Positions 8,324 through 17,116 of a stretch of DNA of 63,303 bases are shown here, piece by piece. The stretch is taken from positions 1-63,303 of the forward strand of contig JAZSIP010000039.1 in the NCBI GenBank assembly GCA_045533915.1, given 5' to 3'. This DNA is from Eubacteriales bacterium (GTDB lineage Bacteria; Bacillota; Clostridia; Oscillospirales; CAG-272). How positions within the stretch are numbered: the stretch's first letter is position 1; every line of letters begins with the position of its first letter. The translations under genes were made by a program, and so were the position numbers. The notes under the pieces are model-generated. The model made no database searches and was not told where the DNA came from. It saw nothing but the letters and a program-made list of their open reading frames with translations.

Positions 8324-8453
8324 ATCTTTACGACCTGTATATTTTATCACACTTCATTTAAAAAGTCAATAGTTTTTTGAAAAATATTTTTCTTTTTTAT
8401 TAAACTTAAAAAATATGATCAATATTGGGATTCTATAATATAAATAACATAAA

Positions 8454-9437
8454 TTAATTATTTTTTTTTGATCGCCTATATTCACTTGGCGGCATACCAT
8501 ATCGGATTTTAAATTCTTTGTGGAAATAGCTGCTATTTTCGTATCCAACGTTATTGATTATATCGCCTATTGGAATATCTGTTGTCAAGAGCATTTTTTC
8601 TGCGGCATTGAAGCGTTGTGACATCAACAGTTCCTTAAAGCTCGTACCGAGCTGTCGTTTGATCCAACGGCTCAGATACGGTGCGGACAGTCCAAGCATT
8701 TGAGCGGCTTCTGTAAGAGTTGCGGTACTATAAGATGTGCGTATATAATTCAATATTTTCTTTTTGTTTTTTTCCTCATAAGAATCGTCTGACAAAGGAG
8801 CTTGTGTTCTTTGCATAGATGCAAGATAGCATAGAAGAAGCTCTAGAGACTGTTGAAGAGTGTAGCCATCGCCCTCTTGTTGATGAATTACAGAATATAT
8901 CATATTTTCCATGAGGTTACGAATCGAGATGCTTTGTGATGCGGAAAAAACGCAAAAAGAATTATCGCCGCGTTCAAGAAGTGCTTCTAATTGACGCAAA
9001 GGAAGTGTGGAATTTTGCCGTATACGGTTTAAAAGAGCTTCGAAAAGTTCAACAGATATTATAAGGTTTACTCCAATATCTCCTTTGCCTGCGGCACGAA
9101 TCGAATGGCGTGTCTCTTTTCCGAGAAGAATGATACTGTCGGTATCAAGCTTGATTTCTCTATCCTTAAATATATGTGTGATCGATCCGCTGCACACGTA
9201 CATTATCTCAATGTAGTCGTGTGAGTGCAAAGGGAAATCTCTGAATCGAGGGTGAGCTCTCATGCTTATTGGTGCGGTGGATTCGCCCGAGATAATATTT
9301 GACATATGTCTGCGTTCAATAATAAAACGTTTTGATTTCGAATATAAAGAACGTTGCGAATCGTCATTTTCACGCACGAGAATGAATTGTTCTTCCTCTG
9401 TCAAGAGAGAAAGGCGGTCTATGATCTCTTGTTTCAT
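8454..9437 (-). CDS. AraC-family transcriptional regulator (cupin sensor domain plus 2x HTH), probably the rhamnose regulator
   Basis: It has a C-terminal AraC HTH (IGDIINNVGYENSSYFHKEFKIRYGMPPSEYRR) and an N-terminal cupin-like region. It is divergent from rhaB-rhaA. Confidence 0.8.
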   Translation of the reverse strand: MKQEIIDRLSLLTEEEQFILVRENDDSQRSLYSKSKRFIIERRHMSNIISGESTAPISMRAHPRFRDFPLHSHDYIEIMYVCSGSITHIFKDREIKLDTDSIILLGKETRHSIRAAGKGDIGVNLIISVELFEALLNRIRQNSTLPLRQLEALLERGDNSFCVFSASQSISIRNLMENMIYSVIHQQEGDGYTLQQSLELLLCYLASMQRTQAPLSDDSYEEKNKKKILNYIRTSYSTATLTEAAQMLGLSAPYLSRWIKRQLGTSFKELLMSQRFNAAEKMLLTTDIPIGDIINNVGYENSSYFHKEFKIRYGMPPSEYRRSKKNN

Positions 9438-9644
9438 AATTGTCCTTTCGCGCTACCTTAAGCATTTCTGTAAACAGTATATCACAATTTTAACCTCATT
9501 TCAATACCTAAGGACAAAAAAAGACACAAATTTAGTAAAAAAACGACCTTAATATATGTCTATTGGTATGCTAAAATATAATTAGATAAATGTGGGCGGT
9601 CGTGTCTGCAAAAACAATAACTTTAAATCACAAGGAGAAAAACT

Positions 9645-11030
9645 ATGAAGACCTATTATCTTGCAATCGATATTGGAGCATCAAGCGGAAGACACATTCT
9701 CGGAAGCGTTGAGAACGGAAAGATCGAGCTTGAAGAGGTATACCGCTTCCCGAACGGAATGTCAGAAAAGAACGGACATATGTGCTGGGATCACGAAAGC
9801 CTTGTTGAAAGCGTAATAAACGGACTTGCAAAATGTAAGGAGATCGGAAAGATACCCTCGTACCTTGGTATTGATACGTGGGGTGTTGACTATGTTCTTA
9901 TTGACAAGGACGGAAACGATATAGGTGATGCGGTAGGATACCGCGATAGCCGTACGGATAATATCGATGAGGAAGTATACAAGCTCGTTCCCGAGAATGA
10001 ACTGTATGCTCGTACAGGAATCCAGAAGCAGCTGTATAATACCGTATATCAGCTTATGGCACTCAAAAAGGAGGCTCCCGAGCAGCTTGAAAAGGCAGAT
10101 GCTCTGCTTATGATGCCCGACTACCTCGGTTATCGTCTTACAGGCGTAAAGCATCAGGAATATACTAACGCAACGACTGCGCAGCTTGTAAACATCAAAA
10201 CTGGCGAATGGGATCTTGAGCTTATAGAAAAGTTAGGTTACCCCACGCGTTTGTTCGGAAAGCTCAGTATGCCAGGAGAAACACTCGGAAACCTTCGTCC
10301 CGAGATCGTAGAGCGCATCGGATATGATCTGACCGTTATACATCCCGCATCACACGATACCGGTTCGGCAGTGCTTGCAGTTCCCACGAACTCCGACAAC
10401 GCGGTATATATCAGTTCGGGTACGTGGTCACTTATGGGAATCGAGCGTCTTGATCCCGATTCCTCGATCGATGCAATGAATCATAACTTTACAAACGAGG
10501 GCGGAGTACAGCACCGTTTCCGTTTTCTCAAGAATATTATGGGACTTTGGATCATTCAGTCTATCCGTAAGGAACTTGGTGGAAAGTATTCCTTTGCAGA
10601 ACTTTGTGATATGGCTACCGCTCTTGGAGACACTCCTTACCGTATAGATGTAAACGAGCATAGATTCCTTGCTCCCAAGAGTATGATGGGGGCTATAAAT
10701 GAGGCTTGCGGAACTACCGATATGCCTCTTGATCATATGCTTTGCTGCGTATATAACAGTCTTGCGAACTGCTATGCGGAGACTATCAAGGAGATAGCAC
10801 ATGTCAGCGGAAAGAAGCTTGAGGCTCTTCATATAATCGGCGGCGGAAGCAAGGACGATTATCTCAACGAGCTTACAGCAAAGGCTATAGATATCCCTGT
10901 ATACGCAGGACCTACCGAAGCTACCGCTATCGGAAATCTTCTCGCTCAGATGCTTGGAACGGGTGTCTTCAAGACTGTTGCAGAGGCAAGAAATGCCGTA
11001 TTTAATTCCTTTGACGTAAAAAAGGTCTGA
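9645..11030 (+). CDS. rhaB: Rhamnulokinase
   Basis: This is a 461-aa FGGY-family kinase. It has the rhamnulokinase-type N-terminus (YLAIDIGASSGRHILG) and lies next to rhaA. Confidence 0.85.
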   Translation: MKTYYLAIDIGASSGRHILGSVENGKIELEEVYRFPNGMSEKNGHMCWDHESLVESVINGLAKCKEIGKIPSYLGIDTWGVDYVLIDKDGNDIGDAVGYRDSRTDNIDEEVYKLVPENELYARTGIQKQLYNTVYQLMALKKEAPEQLEKADALLMMPDYLGYRLTGVKHQEYTNATTAQLVNIKTGEWDLELIEKLGYPTRLFGKLSMPGETLGNLRPEIVERIGYDLTVIHPASHDTGSAVLAVPTNSDNAVYISSGTWSLMGIERLDPDSSIDAMNHNFTNEGGVQHRFRFLKNIMGLWIIQSIRKELGGKYSFAELCDMATALGDTPYRIDVNEHRFLAPKSMMGAINEACGTTDMPLDHMLCCVYNSLANCYAETIKEIAHVSGKKLEALHIIGGGSKDDYLNELTAKAIDIPVYAGPTEATAIGNLLAQMLGTGVFKTVAEARNAVFNSFDVKKV

Positions 11031-11059
11031 AAAATATTATATAACGAGAGGGAAAAGAA

Positions 11060-12304
11060 ATTAATCAGGAATATGTACTTGCAAAAGCTAAATACGCTAC
11101 TATCGGCATAGATACCGACGCAGTTTTAGAAAAGTTAAAATCAGTTCCCGTGTCCATGCACTGTTGGCAGGGTGATGACGTTAAAGGCTTTGACTTTGAC
11201 GGAGAACTCAGCGGAGGTATTCAGACGACGGGAAATTATCCGGGAAGAGCAAGAACTCCCGATGAGCTTATGTCGGATATCGATAAGGTGCTCTCTCTTG
11301 ACGGCGGAGCGCACAAGCTTAATCTTCATGCCTGCTATGCTATATTCGAAAAAGGCGAGTATGCGGATAGAGATGATATTGAGCCTAAGCACTTTGCAAA
11401 ATGGGTAGAATTTGCAAAGGCGAGAGGAATGGGTATAGACTTTAACCCTACATTCTTCTCTCACCCCAAAGCAAACGGACTTACGCTTTCGTCTCCCGAT
11501 GAGGAGATCCGCACATTCTGGGTTCGTCACGGTCAGGCTTGTTTGCGTATAGCGGAATATTTTGCAAATGAGACGGGAATACCTTGCGTTATGAACGTTT
11601 GGATACCCGATGGATATAAGGATATCCCCGCGGATCGTTACTCTCCGAGAGCAAGATTTGCAAAGTCGATGGACGAGATCCTCGGCATCGGATATGACAA
11701 AGAAAAGGTTCTTGTCTGCCTTGAATCAAAGGTGTTTGGTATCGGTCTTGAATCTTATACGGTCGGTTCGGCTGAATTCGGTCTTGGATACGTTCTTAGC
11801 CGTGGAATCGTTCCGCTTATGGATAACGGTCATTATCATCCTACCGAGATGGTTTCGGATAAGATATCCTCTATGCTTTTGTTCTCTCCAAAGCTCGCTC
11901 TCCACGTAACTCGCGCAGTGCGCTGGGATAGTGACCACGTGATCCGTCTTGACGATGAGACAAAGGAGATCGCAAAGGAGATCGTAGCGAGCGGAAGAAT
12001 TGACGATATAGCTATCGCACTTGACTACTTTGACGCAAGTATCAACCGTGTTGCGGCGTGGACAATAGGCTTGCGTAATTTCCGCAAGGCTCTTCTTATA
12101 GCAATGCTTACTCCTCACGCAGAGCTTAAGGCTCTTCAGGAGAAAGGAAACTTTACCGAGCTTATGATGCGTGATGAGGAGCTTAAATCGTATCCTTGGG
12201 GCGCTGTCTGGAACGAATATTGTGAGCGTTGCGGCGTAGGTGTCGGCGAGGCTTGGTATAACGAGATAGTAAAATACGAAGAAGTCCTCTCTAAGAGAGC
12301 TTGA
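11060..12304 (+). CDS. rhaA: L-rhamnose isomerase. The start is probably ATT at 11060; the conservative GTG start is at 11150.
   Basis: It carries SMHCWQGDDV and the rest of the RhaA core. The 30 in-frame codons upstream of the ORF-track start (INQEYVLAKAKYATIGIDTDAVLEKLKSVPV) match the conserved RhaA N-terminus. They contain no ATG, GTG or TTG. Confidence 0.85.
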   Translation: MNQEYVLAKAKYATIGIDTDAVLEKLKSVPVSMHCWQGDDVKGFDFDGELSGGIQTTGNYPGRARTPDELMSDIDKVLSLDGGAHKLNLHACYAIFEKGEYADRDDIEPKHFAKWVEFAKARGMGIDFNPTFFSHPKANGLTLSSPDEEIRTFWVRHGQACLRIAEYFANETGIPCVMNVWIPDGYKDIPADRYSPRARFAKSMDEILGIGYDKEKVLVCLESKVFGIGLESYTVGSAEFGLGYVLSRGIVPLMDNGHYHPTEMVSDKISSMLLFSPKLALHVTRAVRWDSDHVIRLDDETKEIAKEIVASGRIDDIAIALDYFDASINRVAAWTIGLRNFRKALLIAMLTPHAELKALQEKGNFTELMMRDEELKSYPWGAVWNEYCERCGVGVGEAWYNEIVKYEEVLSKRA

Positions 12305-12325
12305 TTGGACGAGGGGACGTGATTT

Positions 12326-12363
12326 ATGCTGCTTTCTTCTTTTGCGAAAGAAGAAAGCAGCAT
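12326..12363. terminator. Bidirectional intrinsic terminator between rhaA and spoIIR
   Basis: A perfect 16-bp stem (ATGCTGCTTTCTTCTT / AAGAAGAAAGCAGCAT) with a 6-nt loop, followed by a T-run. Confidence 0.85.
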
Positions 12364-12367
12364 ATTT

Positions 12368-12955
12368 TTATCCTCCAAATACTTCCAAAATTTTAAATCT
12401 TACGTTGTATTTTGGATCGTTTGTTTCGGTTATCAATTTGTACTGCTCACCCGTAAGACCGAGAGGAACGGTCTCGATATCGCTGTATGAGGCGGCGGAA
12501 AGACACATGGGAGGGAAGAGAACGCACCACCAGTTCTGTCCCGCGCCTTCGCCTATAATTACGCGCAGCGAGAGATACATTCCCGCGGGAAAGCATATCT
12601 CACCGTATGAACGCGAGGGATATTTTTCCTCTCCAAGCTCTATTGATACGGGATACTCGTATCCCGCGTCAAGAATAGTCTTTTTCGCTATTTCTTCAAG
12701 ATAAACGCGATTTTCTTCTATTACTTTTGCAGCGCCGTTTCTGTCGGTACAGCCCGTAAACAATTCGGACGAGTTTTCAAGTAAAGAATCGCGGACCTTT
12801 AATTTAAGTCGTTGATCCTCTTCGCTGTCTGAATTTGCAATAACGTGTATCCGCAATACGTTGTCGTATATTTCTGCTTCACCGTGAACAGGAAGAAAGC
12901 CAAGCATAATAAATACAGTGCATACGGTAAGAAGAACAATAAAAATTTTACGCAT
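12368..12955 (-). CDS. spoIIR: Stage II sporulation protein R
   Basis: It has LRIHVIANSDSEEDQRLKLKVRD and a C-terminal NWWCVLFPPMC motif typical of SpoIIR. The start was set to the ATG (MRKIF...) that follows the RBS AAGGAG. Confidence 0.85.
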   Translation of the reverse strand: MRKIFIVLLTVCTVFIMLGFLPVHGEAEIYDNVLRIHVIANSDSEEDQRLKLKVRDSLLENSSELFTGCTDRNGAAKVIEENRVYLEEIAKKTILDAGYEYPVSIELGEEKYPSRSYGEICFPAGMYLSLRVIIGEGAGQNWWCVLFPPMCLSAASYSDIETVPLGLTGEQYKLITETNDPKYNVRFKILEVFGG

Positions 12956-13051
12956 AAAAAAGCTCCTTTTGCAAAAGATTGATGTTGTCATATAATCACA
13001 TCATTGAGCAAAAAGGAGCTTTTTATTCATATTAAATTGAACTTGGAAAAA

Positions 13052-13429
13052 TTATTCAGCGTTTTGAAGCGCGATCAGGATTTCCCGATAACTCATAGAG
13101 CGGTCGAGCTTAACGTCACCAACAAAGCTTTCGATAAAATCAGTCTTATCTTTTGATTTTAAATACAGACTGAAGACGGTTGGATTTGATATAATGCTGT
13201 TATCATGGAGCAGCTTTGAAAAATCGGATATACCAAGAGGAGAGGAAACTGTTAAAACTATCTCTCCTTCGGATTTGATAAACGCATAGATGTCGTTTGC
13301 TACCGATATCAAAAGACAAGCAAAAAAAGCGGCTGTAAGTGCCATGACGAATATCACGCCAAAAACACGTCGAACCGCTTTTTTATCGGAAAATGAAGCT
13401 TCTTTTTTCAAAATTTTTACCCCCGCCAA
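13052..13429 (-). CDS. Membrane-anchored hypothetical protein (resembles the N-terminal part of YceG/MltG-like proteins)
   Basis: It has one TM helix (VFGVIFVMALTAAFFACLLISV). The start is uncertain and may be TTG. The family assignment is tentative. Confidence 0.4.
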   Translation of the reverse strand: MAGVKILKKEASFSDKKAVRRVFGVIFVMALTAAFFACLLISVANDIYAFIKSEGEIVLTVSSPLGISDFSKLLHDNSIISNPTVFSLYLKSKDKTDFIESFVGDVKLDRSMSYREILIALQNAE

Positions 13430-13443
13430 ACTTCATAAAGCAC

Positions 13444-14409
13444 TCATATCCAAGATATTATAAGAGCGATTATGTATACGGCAAAGCACGCAATTGCGGA
13501 AGGGGCACGTATCACGTCAAGATAAGAATCGCGTATTTTAGGAAGATCGTCGTTTAACGGTTGTCTGTATTCTGCCGAATGACCGCGGTAAAGGTGATTT
13601 TTGTAAAGCCTTGCCGCCTCTCCGCAGAATATTGCCGCCGATGCAAGAAATACGAAACCGACGATAAACATAAAAAGCTTTGTAGAATTCGTTATATTGT
13701 ATAGCGTACTCATATAGGGTTGCCCGAAAAGACCGAAAATATTATAAAGAAAATGAGCTATCATAGCTCCAAACAACGAGCGTGTAGCATATAGCGTCAT
13801 TGCAAGAACGATACCCGAGAAAAGATATACGGGAATATTAACAAAATTAAAATGAAGGAGAGCGAAAAACAGAGAGCTTAAAACGATAGCTCTTGAAACT
13901 CCGCCGCGCTCATATTCATGGCAGAGAATACCTCTGAAAATAAACTCTTCGCATATAGCTGGAAGGACTGCATACGCAAGCAAAAGGTAAAGTCTTACGG
14001 GAACAGTTCCGTTGTCGCGCGAAATAAAGGTATCGTAAAGAGAGAAATTTTTAGAAAGATTTTCGAGTCCTCCGAAAAGAAAACCGATCAATAAGCTTCC
14101 CGATATCATCAAAAGCGCCGCCGCGATTATAAGCAGGATAGAGTTTGCGCCAAACATACGCAACCGCAACTTTTTAACGTATTTTTCTCCGCTGAATTTA
14201 CACCATATAGCGCCTGGAAGCAAAAACACCATCATTTGCAGAATAACAACGCTGTAATACTCGTTTTCTCTGTTGATAAGCGTAAGGTCAATTATTTTGG
14301 AAAGCAAAAGCAGAACGTATGTGGCAAGAATAAGAGTGGTAGGCTGAATAAAGATAGTACGGCTTTGCTTAGGTGTTGATTTTGCCTTTTGGGAATTATT
14401 CTTTTTCAT
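13444..14409 (-). CDS. CPBP-family intramembrane glutamic endopeptidase (CAAX protease-like)
   Basis: A polytopic membrane protein with EEFIFRG and FALLHF motifs. Confidence 0.8.
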   Translation of the reverse strand: MKKNNSQKAKSTPKQSRTIFIQPTTLILATYVLLLLSKIIDLTLINRENEYYSVVILQMMVFLLPGAIWCKFSGEKYVKKLRLRMFGANSILLIIAAALLMISGSLLIGFLFGGLENLSKNFSLYDTFISRDNGTVPVRLYLLLAYAVLPAICEEFIFRGILCHEYERGGVSRAIVLSSLFFALLHFNFVNIPVYLFSGIVLAMTLYATRSLFGAMIAHFLYNIFGLFGQPYMSTLYNITNSTKLFMFIVGFVFLASAAIFCGEAARLYKNHLYRGHSAEYRQPLNDDLPKIRDSYLDVIRAPSAIACFAVYIIALIISWI

Positions 14410-14986
14410 CGGGAAGAATTATCCCCCTTTCCGTAATTATTATATCCACCGTCACGTCAGTAGGCTCATACGGTAATTTATCAACGACAAATTGACTGTA
14501 AGCTATGCCTATTGACTTCCCTTGAAAATTACTTAAAAATCGGTCGTAATAGCCCTTGCCGTATCCAATGCGGTAACCGTAGCGGTCAAAAACGAGCGCG
14601 GGAACGATGCAAACGCAATTTGTAAGATCTTTCGCAATTTTTGCGTCCTTCGACGGTTCGGGAATGTTGTAAGTTCCCAAGACCATGTCGTCAAAGCTTT
14701 CTACATATTTAAAGGTCAACGTGCAGTTATCGCTGTTGCTGACGGGAAAAGCCACCCGTTTGCCAAAAGAAAACATATTTTGAATAAAAGGGAGGATATC
14801 AGGCTCGTTTTTTATAGGGTAATATACAAGAATCGTATCCGCGTTATTTATGATAGGTAATTCAGATAGGTTCGCGCAAATAGCAATGTCAAGAAGTTCT
14901 CTCGCTTCCTTCGAAACAGCGGCACGTTCTTTTCTGTAATGCGCGCGGATCTTATGCTTTTCAACTGAAAAAACGGAAATGTTCAC
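14396..14986 (-). CDS. 5-formyltetrahydrofolate cyclo-ligase
   Basis: 196 aa with the G-YGKGYYDRFL motif characteristic of MTHFS. Confidence 0.8.
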   Translation of the reverse strand: MNISVFSVEKHKIRAHYRKERAAVSKEARELLDIAICANLSELPIINNADTILVYYPIKNEPDILPFIQNMFSFGKRVAFPVSNSDNCTLTFKYVESFDDMVLGTYNIPEPSKDAKIAKDLTNCVCIVPALVFDRYGYRIGYGKGYYDRFLSNFQGKSIGIAYSQFVVDKLPYEPTDVTVDIIITERGIILPDEKE

Positions 14987-14987
14987 G

Positions 14988-15527
14988 TCAATCGGCTATA
15001 ACTGAGTGTCTGAGATCATCTGAACAAGCTTTGCCGCAAAATATCTCAACGATCTTAAGTCCCATATCAAGAGCAACGCCCATTCCCGCGGCTGTAAGTA
15101 TCTTTCCGTCGAGAACTACACGATTTTCGGATATCTTAGCCCCCGTGAGTCTGTCCTCGAATCCGGGATAACAGATTGCCTCTTTGCCGCAAAGTATACC
15201 CATATCTCCGAGGATAGATGGAGCAGCGCAGATGGCAGCTATATACGCATCGTTTCTAACAGCCGTTTCAATAGCGGAAACGACCGTTTTTGATGCGGCG
15301 AGATTCAATGTTCCGGGCATACCTCCGGGGAGAAATATAAGCTCGGGAGAATCGTCAGTGTATTCGGTGTCGGTAATATCGGCTTTTACGGTAATGCCGT
15401 GAGCACCTGTTATTTCGCGGCTTCCGATGCCGACAGTCGTAACGCAAAGTCCCGCACGGCGCATAAGATCAAGAGGGCAGAGCGCCTCTATCTCTTCCAT
15501 ACCGTTTGCAAGAAACATATAGATCAT
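14988..15527 (-). CDS. DJ-1/PfpI (ThiJ) family protein
   Basis: It has AICAAPS with the nucleophile-elbow Cys and the N-terminus MIYMFLANGMEEIE. The ATG start was chosen after the RBS AAAGGA. The ORF track starts at TTG 15548. Confidence 0.75.
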   Translation of the reverse strand: MIYMFLANGMEEIEALCPLDLMRRAGLCVTTVGIGSREITGAHGITVKADITDTEYTDDSPELIFLPGGMPGTLNLAASKTVVSAIETAVRNDAYIAAICAAPSILGDMGILCGKEAICYPGFEDRLTGAKISENRVVLDGKILTAAGMGVALDMGLKIVEIFCGKACSDDLRHSVIAD

Positions 15528-15554
15528 TTGAATATATCCTTTCGCCAAGAAATT

Positions 15555-16853
15555 TTACGCCTTGAAAAAATCTTCGATAGTATCAAGCGCAACGGTGGTT
15601 TCTTCTCTCGTTGCAAGATCCTTGATCTTTACCGTTCCCGCTTCAAGCTCGGATGCTCCCATAATAATAACGTGACTGTAATTTTCCTTTACCGCATAAT
15701 CTATCTGTTTGCCGAATTTCTTTGTGGCAAGATAGATAGACGAAGTAATACCCGCATTGTAGAGCTTGTCCGAAAGAGCCATATAGTTTTCATATGAAAC
15801 GTCGGAGAAACGAGTGATAAGCACCTTTCTCTCGGAGAGCGTTTCAGGAATGAGACCGTGGGTATTGAGGAAGTTTTCAAGTGTAACGTCACCCATACCG
15901 TATCCAACGCCCGAGATCTTTGCGTTGTTCACGAAAAGACCGACAAGGTTGTCGTAACGTCCGCCACCGAACATCGCGCGGTTGTTCTCGGGAGCGTTGT
16001 CGAACACCTCGAAAACAGTACCCGTGTAATAGTCAAGACCGCGGATTATACCGAAGTCAAAAGAGCAGAAATCGTCAAGACCTATTTTCTTTAACATATC
16101 AAAGAGGTGCAAAAGCTCCTGAGAGCCGACAGAATCGGGGCAGAGCGCAGTAGCCTCCTCAACAGTAGCAGAGTAAAGAGAATCAAGCTTTGCTATCTGC
16201 GAGTTATCCATTCCAAGCTTTATAAGCTCTTGCTCATAGACCTCGCGCGGGATCTTGTTGCGCTTGTCTATGATCTTGGAGATTTTACGGCAACCTTCGA
16301 TATCAGTGTTTGCGATAGTCGATACAACGTCGTTGAAGAAACGGCGATTGCTTATGTGAACGGTAAACATAGAGGAATCCGCTCCAAACGCGCGAAGCAA
16401 ACGGATAGCGCTGACGATACATTCGAGATCAGCCTCATAAGTGTCGCAACCAAAAACGTCAACGTTTACCTGCCAGAACTCGCGCAGACGACCGCGCTGA
16501 GGGTTCTCGCAACGGTACATATTCGGGAAAGAGAACCAACGAAGAGGAAAGTTGAGTTCACCCATTTTAGCCGCGACCATACGCGCGACGGTGGGCGTCA
16601 TTTCGGGACGTATTGCCATATGGCGATTGCCTTTGTCAAAGAAGTTGTAGGTCTGTTCACCCGCAAGCTCCTCACCGCTTTTTGCGGCATAAAGAGCGAG
16701 AGATTCGAGCATAGGACCATTGTATTCCTCAAAAGCCGAGGTCTCGAGAACGTTACGTATAACGCCGAAGAACCAGTTGCGAAGACGCATATCGTTGGGG
16801 TAGAAATCACGAGTTCCCTTATAGGGCTGTGTAGAAAGAAGCTGAGCGCACAT
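15555..16853 (-). CDS. hisS: Histidine--tRNA ligase
   Basis: It has KGTRDFYP, class II aaRS motifs and a C-terminal anticodon-binding domain. Confidence 0.85.
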   Translation of the reverse strand: MCAQLLSTQPYKGTRDFYPNDMRLRNWFFGVIRNVLETSAFEEYNGPMLESLALYAAKSGEELAGEQTYNFFDKGNRHMAIRPEMTPTVARMVAAKMGELNFPLRWFSFPNMYRCENPQRGRLREFWQVNVDVFGCDTYEADLECIVSAIRLLRAFGADSSMFTVHISNRRFFNDVVSTIANTDIEGCRKISKIIDKRNKIPREVYEQELIKLGMDNSQIAKLDSLYSATVEEATALCPDSVGSQELLHLFDMLKKIGLDDFCSFDFGIIRGLDYYTGTVFEVFDNAPENNRAMFGGGRYDNLVGLFVNNAKISGVGYGMGDVTLENFLNTHGLIPETLSERKVLITRFSDVSYENYMALSDKLYNAGITSSIYLATKKFGKQIDYAVKENYSHVIIMGASELEAGTVKIKDLATREETTVALDTIEDFFKA

Positions 16854-17033
16854 TTTTTATATATCCTTTCATTATAAAGAAGATAAACTTTAACACTTTA
16901 TTATATCATATAAGAAGAGCTTTGTCAATTGCTTTGGCAAGTAAAATATAATTATAAAAATAATGTAATCATACGCATCGGTGCGTTGATTTTTTTATTT
17001 GTTTAAAAAACAAAAATAGTTTTTCAAAACCTA

Positions 17034-17062
17034 TTGACATTTATATTTTTATGTGGCATAAT
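17034..17062 (+). promoter_or_regulatory. Sigma-A type promoter for the MATE gene
   Basis: TTGACA (17034-17039), a 17-nt spacer, then CATAAT (17057-17062). Confidence 0.55.
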
Positions 17063-17116
17063 TACCAAAGCGGAGCTTTTCCGAAATATCCAAAAGCTTG
17101 AAAGCGAGGGCATATA

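Noticed and set aside
16107-16877. 256-aa ORF antisense to hisS. Similar long antisense ORFs lie at 47316-48293 (malic enzyme), 41179-41877 and 40899-41276 (dnaK), 42718-43341 (dnaJ), 39584-40252 (grpE), 5200-5835 (helicase) and 17684-18187 (MATE).
   Set aside because: Each lies fully inside a well-supported conserved gene on the other strand. None has an RBS and all have unprotein-like composition. They are typical shadow ORFs.
16854-17033. Possible T-box leader upstream of hisS
   Set aside because: The upstream region is short and AT-rich. It lacks a specifier hairpin, a T-box sequence (GGTGGTACCGCG-like) and a terminator.
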